Assembly: GCA_964016885.1 (NCBI GenBank)
Contig: OZ024743.1
Location: 354,020,001-354,084,000 of the forward strand
Direction of reading: 5' to 3'
DNA: 64,000 nt
Source of the DNA: Eledone cirrhosa
Taxonomy: Eukaryota
Made by a program: the position numbers and the translations under genes. Positions 45,836 through 58,387 of this stretch are shown here, piece by piece. Below the pieces are notes generated by a model that saw only the letters and a program-made list of their open reading frames with translations, was not told where the DNA came from and did not search any database. The first letter of the stretch is position 1. Every line of letters begins with the position of its first letter.

Positions 45836-46062
45836 CCGAAAATAACGGGATATAGAGAGGTAGAAAAAGACAAAATGAAGAATGTCAGAAGGCAAGGGCA
45901 GGAGTGAAAAGAAGAGAATTGGTATTATGAAGTGTGAGGGTGTGAACTGAATAACGTCGCAGGACTGCCATATTTGATATCCTAAATATTTAACTAAGAT
46001 CAAGTTACATAACGTAATTCACTTCGCCCACTTGATCTATTAACTATGATTAGTGGAGTCGA

Positions 46063-46133
<71 letters not shown>

Positions 46134-46334
46134 ATGGTAGTAGTATAACCACATTATCAAAAGTATATTTTCTATTGTTAAGATGCTAGGATATTTGCGA
46201 GATATTTAACTGCTATTTCTCGCCGGTTGAGTGACAATGTAGAAACTGTGTTGGCTCAGCAACTGACAAGGCAGGAAAAATATTTCAGGAAAGTATTTTG
46301 CATATCAAATACAAATAATGTAGCGTCTCATATA

Positions 46335-47203
46335 CAGGGTGATGACAAACACACTCCTTGATTTCAAATCTTAACTAGAATATATTTTGTTTTATCCCGT
46401 TTGTAAAATAAGTTGGATTACTTTGAATAAATAATTGTTTCTACTATTGGCACAAGGCCAGCACATACCCAGTACATTACTGGTACTTTATTTTATCGAC
46501 CCCGTAAGGATGAAAGGCAAAGTTAACCTCGGCGGGATTTGAACTCAGAATGGCAAGGGCCGTAACTCTATGCGTCAAAGCATGGCGTCCGACCCCCTAC
46601 CGATACTGCCAATTCACCGCCCGCCCTTCATAATTTATGTACTAAATTTCGTAACTCTTGATTAAATATAAATAATTTTATTGCTCATTTTAAGATTCAC
46701 TTCTTTAATATTTTCAACACTTCCGGTTAGCGCCCGTTATATTATAACATTAATTACATAGCTTATATAAACATTCATATATTTACGTCGCTAATTTTCT
46801 CCTAATGCAGTTTATATATGATATCGTCTTTTTTTAATGTATCATGGATTACTTTACTGATTACAGATGAGAATGTAACGCAGACTTCGTTCAATTTCTG
46901 TGCATATTGTCAATTACGATTTCATTTGATGTATCACATCTATACGCATATATAATTGCGTATAATATCAATATGCACACTACACACGCTAGCAGAAAAC
47001 CACCCCAAGGGTGCTTTTTCTGCTGGTACTTATAATATGAAAAGAAATGAATATTCTTACAATATTGGTGGCTACAGTTGCATAAACCAACAAAGTTTCA
47101 TGTGGCATTGGTTGATATCATAGACACTCGATGTGTGCCCCTTTTGTTGCTCGGCAAACATCAATGCGATGATAAAACTCGGGGCATTTTTGTGGTCACC
47201 CTC
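46335..47203 (-). mobile_element. Internally deleted Tc1/mariner element (MITE-like) with a nested insertion
   Basis: TA|CAGGGTGATGACAAA ... TTTGTGGTCACCCTC|TA imperfect TIRs with TA flanks. The minus strand at ~47118-47174 encodes YHRIDVCRATKGAHIECL*, a typical transposase C-terminus. Confidence 0.75.
46430..46624 (-). mobile_element. SINE family A, full length, inside the composite repeat 46375-47030
   Basis: Reverse strand GGGCGGTGAATTGGCAGTATCGGTAG... then GAGTTCAAATCCCGCCGAGG, central domain and tail. Confidence 0.9.
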
Positions 47204-47457
47204 TATATCTGATAATGGGTTGGATAACATATGTTTACTGAAATAGTTCAAGTAATTCGGGATGAAAATCTCCCTCTAAGGATGTTTAAAATTGTTTGTT
47301 TTAATTAGATTTCTAAACACCAATAGAAAGAGATTTGGACTACTAATTATTTGGATAGTGTTTGTAATGTATTTTTTGCTTTGTTGTAACTGTTCTGACA
47401 GTTGTTGACAGGGGAGGATAAAGTATTGACGAAGCCTTGACTTCACTATAACTAATA

Positions 47458-47648
47458 TAACTGTTTCTACTTTAGGCACAAGGCCAGCAATTACCCAGTG
47501 CATTACTGGTACTTTATTTTATCGACCCCGTAAGGATGAAAGGCAAAGTCAACCTCGGCGGGATTTGAACTCAGACCGTAAAGGGACGTTACTATGCGTC
47601 AAAGCATGGCGTCCGACCCTCTACCGATACTGCCAATCCACCGCCCTT
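47458..47648 (-). mobile_element. SINE family A, full length
   Basis: Same A/B boxes, central domain and tail as 34314-34505. Confidence 0.9.
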
Positions 47649-47814
47649 AACTAATAACTAATATAACTAATATAACGGTTGTTTTACTGCAACGAGTTAC
47701 CAATTCTAGTGCAAGCTGATACTTAAACAAAGAAAGCACAGAACCGAAGCAGATATCGCAGAACACCCACATCCGACTGTTTTAACAAATCTACCAATCC
47801 ATCGCTCGTGGGCG

Positions 47815-47870
47815 CGTACTTTATTTATCGATCCCGAAAGAATGAAAGGCAAAATTGAACTCGGAGCCAG
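47815..47870 (-). mobile_element. SINE central-domain fragment
   Basis: GTACTTTATTTATCGATCCCGAAAGAATGAAAGGCAAA; similar fragments at ~44385-44450, 48895-48970 and 50985-51042. Confidence 0.6.
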
Positions 47871-47914
47871 AACAAATTGAAAGATATTTAATCCTACATA
47901 TCAATGATAAACGA

Positions 47915-47970
<56 letters not shown>

Positions 47971-48035
47971 TCGTATATATATATATATATACATATATGT
48001 GTATGCGTGTGTGAGTGCAATCGCATATATATGTA

Positions 48036-48077
<42 letters not shown>

Positions 48078-48078
<1 letters not shown>

Positions 48079-48263
48079 GTAGGTCCCGGGTTGAGTCGGG
48101 GATAACCACAGTAAGTAAGGTACTCAATACATGGCAGAGTAAAATTTTTTTATTTTATAGAAGGGGCTTCTACAGGACTAGTACTGTTTCAATCAGATGA
48201 AATCTTCAGGATGCTTCCTGAGATTTCATCTGAATGAAACAGTACTAGTCCTGTAGAAGCTCC

Positions 48264-48270
<7 letters not shown>
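48078..48270. mobile_element. Palindromic PLE-like remnant (~55-bp arms, 48156-48270) inside (TA)n
   Basis: Arms are reverse complements around TGCT. The minus strand contains CTGAAGA...GAAACAGTACTAGTC. Upstream GTACTCAATAC also precedes the 58226 palindrome. Confidence 0.6.
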
Positions 48271-48334
<64 letters not shown>

Positions 48335-49074
48335 TACATATATATGCGATTGCACTCACACACGCATATATATATATATATATACATATATAAATATATA
48401 TGAGATTGCACTCACACACGCATGCACATATGTTTATTCATACATATTTATGCGTATGTATATATATTCATATATACTCTTTTATATGCTAAAGTAAAGT
48501 CATAATAAATGACTGTATATCTGATTACACTGAACTGAATATATTCACATGTTGTTTTCAGTTTTAAGGATTAATCTAGAATTAGCCGGTATGTAAAACA
48601 TTCGTTCTATGTATTAAAACTTGGTTATAAAAATAAATCACATTAAAAAAATTACAATTCGTTCAAACGCAGATTAATTTCAACGCTTCTTTGCTGGCCA
48701 CTTGAAATAGAGTATGACTTGGTAGCATGTACCATGATTGTGCTGAGGGTTTTAAGTGCCCATGCAATCGGAAGCAGACCCGCGTAAGTATAGATAGTGT
48801 GCACCTTTATTTGGTTAAGGGTTATATGTATCCATATACGCACTCAATCCTCGCTACTTGATCCATTTGAAATTCTGACTTCACCAGCATTGGGAGGTAT
48901 TTTATTTATTGATCGACCCCGAAAGGATGAAAGGCAAAGTGTATCTCGACAGGGTTTGAACTCACAACGCAGAACAATGGAACAAATGTCTAACCTTCTA
49001 AAATATATACTTTTCAACTCTAATAATAACAGTAATACAATATATTCTTTGTTTTATCATATTCTCAGTTGCTA

Positions 49075-49230
49075 AGAGGCGGCGAATTGGCAGAGTCGAA
49101 CATGGGATAAAATGCTTTGCAGTATTCATTTCGGCTCACTGGTCTCTGAGTTCAAATCCAGCCATGGTCAACTTTGCCTTTCATCCATTCATGGTCGATA
49201 AAAAAAGTATCAGTCAAGTACTGGAATCGA
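49075..49230 (+). mobile_element. Older, diverged SINE of family A type
   Basis: GGCGGCGAATTGGCAGAGTCG, GAGTTCAAATCC and CTTTGCCTTTCATCC...GGTCGATAAAA; another diverged copy at ~51135-51290. Confidence 0.75.
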
Positions 49231-50398
49231 TTCTTCCTCTATATCTCTTTCTCACTTCCTTTCTTTCACTCTCTCTATTCTTCTCCGGAAGAAATCTGCT
49301 GTATTGAGGCCTGGAGAGGAGATGGGTTCCACCAGGTTTAAAAAATAAATGCCCAAGAAAAGCAGTATGTTAATAATGGCGCCCTTGCGATTCTCTCGTG
49401 AGTTATGGATCCATACCATAACATACCACAGTTGCTACGAATTTCGATTCACAGCCATCTGGTTTCGAATTCAATCCCACTGCGTAGTGCATTCTGAATT
49501 CTAGTGAAGGACGGGATCCTATGATTGTGAGTGTCATCATATTTTAGTTTAATGTGTTTAACTCTTTAGCATTTAAACGCGCCGCGTCCGACCAGAATTC
49601 TTTCACCTGTTTCAGTTTAAACCGGCTGTAACTGGCCACTCATGTTGAGGTACTGTTCTCAAAATAAATAATATCAAAATCTCATAGATTCGATATTATG
49701 TGAGATGATTATGTGAGGTAAAGCCTTTACCATGAAAATATAATAGAAAAACATAGAGTAATGTAAATGCTAAAAGGTTAAGTTAACTGTTAATTCTGAA
49801 TATAATAGATAATTCTAAATGTTGATATCTTTACTAAATTGTGTGATTATTTTAGGTTTGGTTAATTTTTATTTTTAATTTCATATTTTCTTTATAGAAT
49901 CAGTTTTGCATGAGTTGGGAGGTTGTGTGTTTATTAGCCTGGTCGTTATTATAATTAATTACTCTACATAGTAGTGCTAATATATTCCATAGACCCAACT
50001 CGATAGAAACCAGATATTGAGTGTGATTTTGGCCTGACAAAGTTCGTCCTCTTTCTATCAAGATAATGGGTTAGCTTTAATTTTATTACGTTATTGTATT
50101 TTCGAGATGTTACCATTTATTTGTGGATTTATTACTTGGGTATAAGTTTCAAGTATTTGTTGATTAGATATCATGAATTTTGGTGGAAGATTTTGCTTTT
50201 AGTAGATGTCATTGTAATGTGTTAAATGCTATGATTTTGTAACTGTATTTCGTAAAGTGTGTCTTGGTAGTTTAGGTTTGTTATATTCGATGATTTCAAC
50301 CCCAGTAACCTAATTTTTCAAGACTGATATTTTATCCATCTCCCTTTCGTCAAGCCTCTAGGTTAGGAGACATAAACGTAAACATAAACAAGGACACA

Positions 50399-50497
<99 letters not shown>

Positions 50498-50504
50498 GCA
50501 CATG

Positions 50505-50536
<32 letters not shown>

Positions 50537-50569
50537 TGTATGTATGTATGTATGTATGTATGTATCTAT

Positions 50570-50726
50570 CTACAGTGGGTAAAATTCCCGAGATCCATGG
50601 ACGAGTTCTCTCCAGCGGTCTCTGTCCCTCATTATCGCTGCCATGTCCTGCGTCTCCAACAGACCAGTGTCTGTTCTTAGGGCATCAACATACGTTAACC
50701 TTGGTCTTCCTCTTCTAGTGTGTCCA
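50570..50726 (-). pseudogene. RTE-clade LINE 3' end fragment
   Basis: RRGRPRLTYVDALRTDTGLLETQDMAAIMRDRDRWRELV matches the RTE C-terminal RGRP...D...DR..WR motif; followed by a (TACA)n tail. Confidence 0.75.
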
Positions 50727-51452
50727 TGTATGTATTTATGTATGTATGTATGTATGTATGTATGTATGTATGTATGTATGTATGTATGTATGTATGTATG
50801 TTTGTATGTATACTCCCGTAACTCCCTAGAGAGTCGCAAGGACGCCGTATTAATATACGGCGTTTCTAGGGAAATATTAAAAAGCCCATCTTCACGCCAG
50901 ATCTGAATATAGTGGCTTTCTCCCAAATGAAAATAGAGAGTGAGAGAATGGATGTGATAAAGAGATATAGAAGAAAAATTGACCCCAGTACTTCTTTATT
51001 GACCTGAATGGATGAAAGGTAAAATTTCGGCGGGATTTGAAAGAAAAGAACCAAAACATCATATATATATGTGTGCCAGAAACAAGCCATGTGCTGGATT
51101 AATCACCTCACTCTATGTAATGATATTATTACATCTTGGGTTCAAGTCTTGACATCAGTTTTACCTTTCATCTTTCTGAGGTCAATACAATTAAGTAGCA
51201 GTAGATTTATACTGAAGTTAATCTAATTAACTGTTTATCCCCTTCACACACAGAAATCTGTAGCCATGTGTGAATGTTAGAAATCAGTTCAGTACAGTTG
51301 AGGTTGAAACGAGTATGAGGTGGGGCCCAGAGCATTCACCACTACTGCCCTCAATATATCTGGCCCCCTATACATTGAAGAAATAAACAGCTAGATATAC
51401 TTTTGATGATGAGGACATCATATATATATACATACACGTACACTCACACACA

Positions 51453-52076
51453 CCGACTTGACTACTGGGAGCCGACCGGACTACTGCTCCCAACTGTAAT
51501 CACCCCATAGTATCAAACTAATCACGGAGCTTGAGGCAATCCAACGAAGCTACACCGAGAGGATTGCCACAATGAAGGAGATGAGATACTGAGAGAGACT
51601 AAAAGAACTGAAACTCTTCTCCTTGGAACGAAGACGGGAGAGATACGTAGTGATATACAAATGGAAAATACTGGAAGGACTAGCACCAAATTTGGCATTG
51701 CGAGTTGGAACAAACCCTCGAACAGGACGTCACTGTGTGGTGCCAAAGATCCCATCTTTCACATCTAGTATAAGGAGCAGATATTGCAATAACGTAGGGT
51801 TCAAAGGACCTCAGCTCTTCAATAAGCTGCCAAGAAATTTGAGAGATCTGCATGGTGTGGACGTGAATGTTTTCAAGAAACATCTTGACACTCAGCTATC
51901 CATAAGCCCGGGTCGATCCACAGCACGGTACCAAGGTAACTTAAGGGCAGCAACAACGAACTCCCTCTTACACCAGTGGCCAGCCAACACGGGTTGGAGA
52001 TAGAACATGTTGCAACAAGGGCGGTGCCCCGGCGTGGCCTCAGCCGGATGGCTGGAGCAGATAAAAGAGTAAAAGA

Positions 52077-52078
<2 letters not shown>
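51453..52078 (+). pseudogene. CR1/L2-group LINE 3' end fragment
   Basis: LEAIQR..., ERLKELKLFSLERRRERYVVIYKWKILEGL...GPQLFNKLPRNLR...FKKHLD; 3' UTR ends AAAAGAGTAAAAGAGTA followed by (TA)n. Confidence 0.82.
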
Positions 52079-52149
<71 letters not shown>

Positions 52150-52169
52150 ATATATAAATAAATACGTAT

Positions 52170-52318
52170 TTCTACAGTTTCCGCCAGTCAAATTACTCCC
52201 ACAAGACACTGGTCAAACCATGGCTATAGTAGAAGACACTTTCTAAATTCACCTCGTAGTCGGACTGACCTTTGAACCAAGTAGTTGCGAAGGGCACTCC
52301 TTAATCGCACAGCTATAC
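52170..52318 (-). mobile_element. tRNA-derived SINE, second family (CORE-like), diverged
   Basis: Reverse strand AGCTGTGCGATTAAG...GGTTCAAAGGTCAGTCC...AAGTGTCTTCTACTATAGCC...GACCAGTGTCTTGTG...GCGGAAACTG. Confidence 0.6.
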
Positions 52319-52712
52319 TTTTTACATGGTGATATTTATTTTAGAACTCTGTGCTTTAACTTCATATCATCCCATGTTTAATCTTTTCCTTTAGTAAAAA
52401 ATATATTAACAGCCCAGCGTAGTCCGGTGATACATCTTCGTTTCCTCCTATCAGCATTTGTGGCTGTGAAAACACGGAGCTGTGGAATTGCAATGCCAAG
52501 AAGAAACGAGTTCACACGAAAAGTATATATAAAATGGAATGAATATAAGCAAAACAAGTAATAAAATCACTCCAAGATGGAGAGATAAAAATTAGCGTAA
52601 AATTTCCGGTATGGGCCCCATAATAAGCACTACCACAATCATCACCACCATCAAACTACTACAATCCCCACCATCATCACCATTATTACGTCTACCGACA
52701 AAATACACGCAG

Positions 52713-52745
<33 letters not shown>

Positions 52746-52874
52746 CAGTATATATAATATATAAGTTCTTATATATTATGTATACTCCAGTCCTACAAAC
52801 TGTAGAGTGCTTCTTATCCGATATCTGCATTGCTTTATTGTACTACACTAAAACTCACCTCCTACATATATACA

Positions 52875-52938
<64 letters not shown>

Positions 52939-53089
52939 ATACTTTGGGAGGGTCATGTTGCCAATAAGAAACACACGCGCACCAGTTGCTTTCACTTCAA
53001 TTTATTATAATAAATTTATAATAAATTTATAAATTTATAAATTTCTGGTTGGTTGGTTGGTTCCACAACCAGATAGTTGTTTATATATT

Positions 53090-53132
53090 GTCATAGTTCT
53101 TTCGTCACACATTCTGTGACCTCTTCAGTGAC
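53090..53132 (-). ncRNA. Minimal hammerhead ribozyme in the PLE pseudo-LTR
   Basis: GUCA-CUGAAGA-G-GUCACA(GAAUG)UGUGAC-GAAA-GAAC-UA/UGAC. Confidence 0.75.
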
Positions 53133-53334
53133 TGGGGATTCCTTTCTTTGTTTCTGTGCCTCTCCTTTGTTCTGTCCTACGCCATTTTGTTTCTGTGTGT
53201 GTGTTGTGTGTGCTCAGTCTGCGCATGCGCCACATCCAGGTGTCTGTGTGTGTTTATGTTCATTTACTTATTTGTTTATTTACATGTTACTGGTTGGTTG
53301 TTTGTTCTATTTGTGTGTTGTTTTCATTTTGTCC

Positions 53335-56300
53335 TTAATTGTAAGTTGTGATGTTGCTGTTCCACTCATATTTTCTATTTAATTTTGGTTGTAATTCTTT
53401 TATGTTTATTGCCTCTGTAATTTGTCTAAACATTGCGTCTTTTCTGTGTGTAGATTCTATTTTTATTTCTATGTTCTCTAATTTACCCTTGTGTTCTATT
53501 TTAGCATGTTGGTAGAGTACAGATGATTCTTTACTATCTTGAAGGTCTCGCCAGTGTTCATTTATCCGTTCCCCTACACTACGAGCTGTCTCACCTATGT
53601 ACACTATATTTTTGTCTCTACATTGTCCTTCAGTACATCTTATGCTATACACTACATTTCTAGTTTTACAGTTAATAGGGGGGCTTATTTTACAGGTTAT
53701 ACATTTCTTATCTATACATGGAGGTCTTTGAAAAGGGTATGTCTTGCTAATAAGTGTTTTTACGGAGGTACCTGGTCTTTCTACTATCTTAATATTGAGT
53801 TTATGTTTATTTAGGGCCCTTCTAAATTTGTGAGCTAATTCACCTCTAGGGGTTGTATCGATGAACATTACACTCTGGTATTTATTGCTATCATACCATG
53901 AGTTTATTCTATTAGCCTTGTTCCTAGTTCTTTCTATTCTATTCCAAAATTTGCTCCTATACAAGGGGCAGGTCCCATTTATGTCATTATTTACCATTTT
54001 TCCCATTTGGTTCTGGCTCCTCTTTTCACTCTGATTTTATCTCTCTGATTGTAGCCAGAGAACTGCATACGGTGGATGAAGTGTTGTATGTGTCTCTCTA
54101 GTTCTTCGGGGTTGCACATGCGGGACACGTTTCTCATCACACGTACCAAATCCGCAATCAGTATGTTGATTTTGGTATGGTCCGAAACGGCCGATTTTCT
54201 GTGGATCAGATGTTTGGAAGTCATGGGTTTGGCATAATGGGAATGGAGGATTTGTTTTTTGTTGTTAATGGTATCTAACTAGAGCTCTGTGTCTAGTACA
54301 GGTAATCGATGGTTGGGGTGTTTACTTGGGTAGTCTATAGTAACTCTAATGCTCTGGTGGATGGAGTTTGCTATTTGCTGGATGCTTTCCATTGTGTTTT
54401 TCTCTAGTTCCTGACTGTTCTCTAGTGGGGGTGTCTTAACTACGATGTTTATATCATCAACGTAGCGGGAGTACATTATCAGGGTTAAGGGGTCTTCTAA
54501 TTGTTCTTTAAGTTTAAGTTTAAGTCTACTGTCCCACCATACCATGAATAAGTTAGCTATGTCGCCTGCAATGCTAACACCAATGGCTGCTCCTTCCTCT
54601 TGGGCATATGTTTTTCCATTAAATTTGAACATATGTTCCTTAAGGGTTAGTTTTATGCTGGCCCCTACCGCATGTGCAATCATTTTCTTCAGTTAATCGT
54701 GGTTTTCGGGTGTCCGTATGGCTCTGGTCCACCCGTTCCATCTATCTGTGTGGGTTTTCTTGGCCATTGAGGTAATGGTAGGTGGTCTGCCTCTTGCTGG
54801 TCTTGTAGGGCACAGGTTGCTAAGGTCATATGTGTCTAGGTAATTATTACTATAGGTAAGTTTAAGTAGGAGTCCCAGCTTACTGGTATCAATCCCACGG
54901 AACTCAACATTGCTCTCACTGATCATTTCTACGCATTTCTCCACAGCAAAATCCACGTCAATAGATGGATACAGGGACACAACATCCATACTACCTATTA
55001 TGCAGTTTGTTAGGTCCCTAGATCGGTTACTCACGCCGATTCTGCTGAGGAGGTCCTCCGTGCTGTCACATACATCTGGGGACATTTCAATGATGGGGCG
55101 TATGATCAGGGAGAGGAAGTAGGACAGTCTGTAGTTACTAGCAATGTTAGCTCCACAGACTGGCCGTGTTGGTGGTCCCGCGACAGGGTCACTGCCCGTT
55201 TTATGGTCTTTTTGAAGCACATACAACGCCGGCACGTCATTGTTCCAGGCCTGGAAGTTGTTGGCAGTCCTTTTGTTGGGCTGCATTATATTCGTCCACA
55301 TCACCATATGGGCATTGAGGGCTTTTTCTCTATCCTCATGCTCCTGTGGTGTTACCTCTCTTGTGTTAGTGATGTGGGGTTGCATTGCCTGGATGTAGTT
55401 TGGCAGGCTGTCAACCGACATTCTGCCAGACTTGTCTGTTGGAAAGCATGCTATCTCTCCATTACGCGAGCGCTGCATGAGCTTACGCAAGCCATTTGCA
55501 GATTTTTCTCCCAGTTGCTGGGCCTCCATTCTATTATGCTTCTTGCTATACTGTTCTATAATATTTCTAAGTTCGGATCTAGCTATACTAAATTGTGCTT
55601 CTGTTTGTTCATCGACCTGCGACGGCAATTGCGTGCGTTTGTTAAATGGTAAAGTCGTCGCGTGGACTCGTCGCAGGTCGAACGATTTATCGGAGGGATT
55701 ATAAAAAGTAGAGTTCCAGGCTGCTGCTTTATGTGTACTAGTGCTATTGTTATTGTTAGTTGTGTTGTTTCTATTTCTATTTCCACCAACAGCCTCATGG
55801 TTGTTTCTATGTCTCTCATAATTACTCCTGTCTCTTTCCACTGGCTCATTGTTGTTATCTACCCTATTTTGTGTGTCTGTGTGTTCGTCTTGGTTATTTT
55901 CTTTGTCCTTAGTCTCCCTTCTCCTTTTAATCCTATTACTTTCCCTTATTTCTGTGATTTCTGTGCTACTGTCATCACTTGTTTTCTGTGTCTGTGTGTT
56001 TGTTAAGATTGTGGTGGTGGTGAGAGGCATTGAATGTGTGTGTATTGTTGTTGTTGATGTGTGCTGTTGTTGATGTGTGCTGTTGTTGATGTGTGTTGTT
56101 GTTGTCTCCGTGTGTGTTATTATTGTTGTGTGTGTTGTTATTGTTGTTTGTGTCTGCGTGTCTGTTGTTGTTGTTTCTGGGTATGTTGTTATTGTTGTTG
56201 TTGTTGGTGTGTGCGTGTTGTTGTTATTGTTGTTTGTGTCTGTGTGTCTGTTGTTGTTGGGATGTGTGTTGTATATGTGTGTGCGTATATTGTTGCTTTT

Positions 56301-56938
56301 GTTTTTGTTTTTGTTTTTGAGGCTCCAGCGTAGTTTTGTAAATGATTTTTATATTTCTGACAGACAACTAATCATATTTACCTTCTTGAATGTCGCAAAT
56401 TTCGGGGGTAGACATAATACAGATATCTCATCGTCATCTATTACTGTGTTGCCGTATATATTTGTGTTGTTGTTGTTGTTGAACTCATCTGTTAATGAGG
56501 TGTCGGCCATATTTATACCGTCAATTTTGTCGGGATATCTATTGTTATTCTCTATAGTATCCTGATTTAGCTTTATCTGCTTAAGCCACTTTAGTTTCTT
56601 GTTAAAGTGCTTATCACATTCTTGAGTAATGTACTGTTCTTCAGGACGTATAAGGCTTATAAATATTAGTTTCTCTCTTGGTGTGGTGATCCTAGCTATT
56701 TCTTGTATTAGGTTAGGCTTATGTTTTTCTTGATGACTTAATTCTCTATAGATCTTCTTTTTTATGTTTAGAATTAATGTTCGTTTTAGCCTATCTGCTT
56801 GTTTTTTGGTGAGTTGTAATCTTCTTACGTCGGTGGTGATGGTGTTGGTGTAAACTCGGGACGAGGCACATTCTTTTATGAAGTGTAGTTGTCGAGATGT
56901 TATAGTTTTTCGTAGACAACAGAACTTGGTGGTTTTCA
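53335..56938 (-). pseudogene. PLE reverse transcriptase-GIY-YIG endonuclease ORF, disrupted
   Basis: N-terminal EISVLCLPPKFA and KLRW. RT motifs TDKSG, KDHK, TRPV, SMDVVSLYPSI, QEEGAAIG, RYVDD and LPVLD. Cys-rich linker CIDKKCITC. GIY-YIG NVVYSIRC...YIGET...R..EH...E...PKLN. In-frame stops at ~56340, 54693 and 54279; frameshifts at ~56760 and ~54000. Confidence 0.92.
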
Positions 56939-57676
56939 GTATGCAGTTCTCTGGCTACAATCAGAGAGATAAAATCAGAGTGAAAAGAGGAGCCAGAACC
57001 AAATGGGAAAAAATGGTAAATAATGACATAAATGGGACCTGCCCCTTGTATAGGAGCAACTTTTGGAATAGAATAGAAAGAACTAGGAACAAGGCTAATA
57101 GAATAAACTCATGGTATGATAGCAATAAATACCAGAGTGTAATGTTCATCGATACAACCCCTAGAGGTGAATTAGCTTACAAATTTAGAAGGGCCCTAAA
57201 TAAACATAAACTCAATATTAAGATAGTAGAAAGACCAGGTACCTCCGTAAAAACACTTATTAGCAAGACATACCCTTTTCAAAGACCCTCATGTATAGAT
57301 AAGAAATGTATAACCTGTAAAATAAGCCCCCATATTAACTGTAAAACTAGAAATGTAGTGTATAGCATAAGATGTACTGAAGGACAATGTAGAGACAAAA
57401 ATATAGTGTACATAGGTGAGACAGCTCATAGTGTAGGGGAACGGATAAATGAACACTGGTGAGACCTTCAAGATAGTAAAGAATCATCTGTACTCTACCA
57501 ACATGCTAAAATAGAACACAAGGGTAAATTAGAGAACATAGAAATAAAAATAGAATCTACACACAGAAAAGACGCAATGTTTAGACAAATTACAGAGGCA
57601 ATAAACATAAAAGAATTACAACCAAAATTAAATAGAAAATATGAGTGGAACAGCAACATCAAGACGTACAATTAAG
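56939..57676 (+). pseudogene. Inverted copy of the PLE RT C-terminal region and GIY-YIG domain
   Basis: MQFSGYNQRDK...YIGETAHSVGERINEHW* with a CGA->TGA stop at 57460; the frame continues to PKLNRKYEWN. Confidence 0.9.
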
Positions 57677-57878
57677 GACAAAATGAAAACACACACACAC
57701 ATAGAACAAACAATCAACCAGTAACATGTAAATAAACAAATAAGTAAATGAACATAAACACACACAGACACCCGGATGTGGCGCATGCACAGACTGAGCA
57801 CACACAACACACACACAGAAACAAAATGGCGTAGGACAGAACAAAGGAGAGGCACAGAAACAAAGAAAGGAATCCCCA

Positions 57879-57921
57879 GTCACTGAAGAGGTCACAGAGT
57901 GTGTGACGAAAGAACTATGAC
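57879..57921 (+). ncRNA. Minimal hammerhead ribozyme in the inverted pseudo-LTR
   Basis: GUCA-CUGAAGA-G-GUCACA(GAGUG)UGUGAC-GAAA-GAAC-UA/UGAC. Confidence 0.75.
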
Positions 57922-58225
57922 AATATATAAACAACTATCTGGTTGTGGAACCAACCAACCAACCAGAAATTTATAAATTTATAAATTTATTATAAATTTA
58001 TTATAATAATAAATTGAAGTGAAAGCAACTGGTGCGTGTGTTTCTTATTGGCAACATGACCCTCCCAAAGTATAACAATATCGGTTTCAACACACGATTT
58101 CAGATAAAGAATCTTGCTAAACAAATACAGAAACGAAATATATATATAACGAAGGAAATGTGGTAAGGAATCAGGTGGACCTTAACGCACCAAAGTACTC
58201 AATACTTAAGGTAGTAGAGTGGGTA

Positions 58226-58347
58226 ATAGGAACGAGTAGGACCACGACGGCTGAGCTCAAGCCGTTTCGACGGCTAATTCTGGACTGATTTAGTCCAGAA
58301 TTAGCCGTCGAAACGGCTTGAGCTCAGCTGTCGGGGTCCTACTCGTT

Positions 58348-58352
<5 letters not shown>
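58226..58352. repeat. 127-bp near-perfect palindrome containing a hammerhead 3' half
   Basis: Centred at 58289. The left arm's minus strand reads GAAACGGC-TTGAGCTCA-GCCGTC. (TA)n follows; a related copy lies at 60816-60895. Confidence 0.85.

Positions 58353-58387
<35 letters not shown>

Larger units (their letters stand above)
52932..58140 (-). mobile_element. Near full-length Penelope-like retroelement (family 1) with an inverted 3' copy at its 5' end
   Basis: Minus-strand RT-GIY-YIG frame. 52932-54070 and 56939-58080 are ~1.14-kb inverted repeats. Both outer ends abut TA repeats. Confidence 0.93.

Noticed and set aside
54279-57462. Selenocysteine or readthrough recoding of the PLE in-frame stops
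   Set aside because: The stops are TAA, TAG and a copy-specific CGA->TGA, alongside frameshifts; this is ordinary decay.
52932-58080. DNA transposon with 1.1-kb TIRs or an LTR retrotransposon
   Set aside because: The repeats are the element's own 3' coding and UTR sequence. RT plus GIY-YIG, without integrase or transposase, identifies a PLE.
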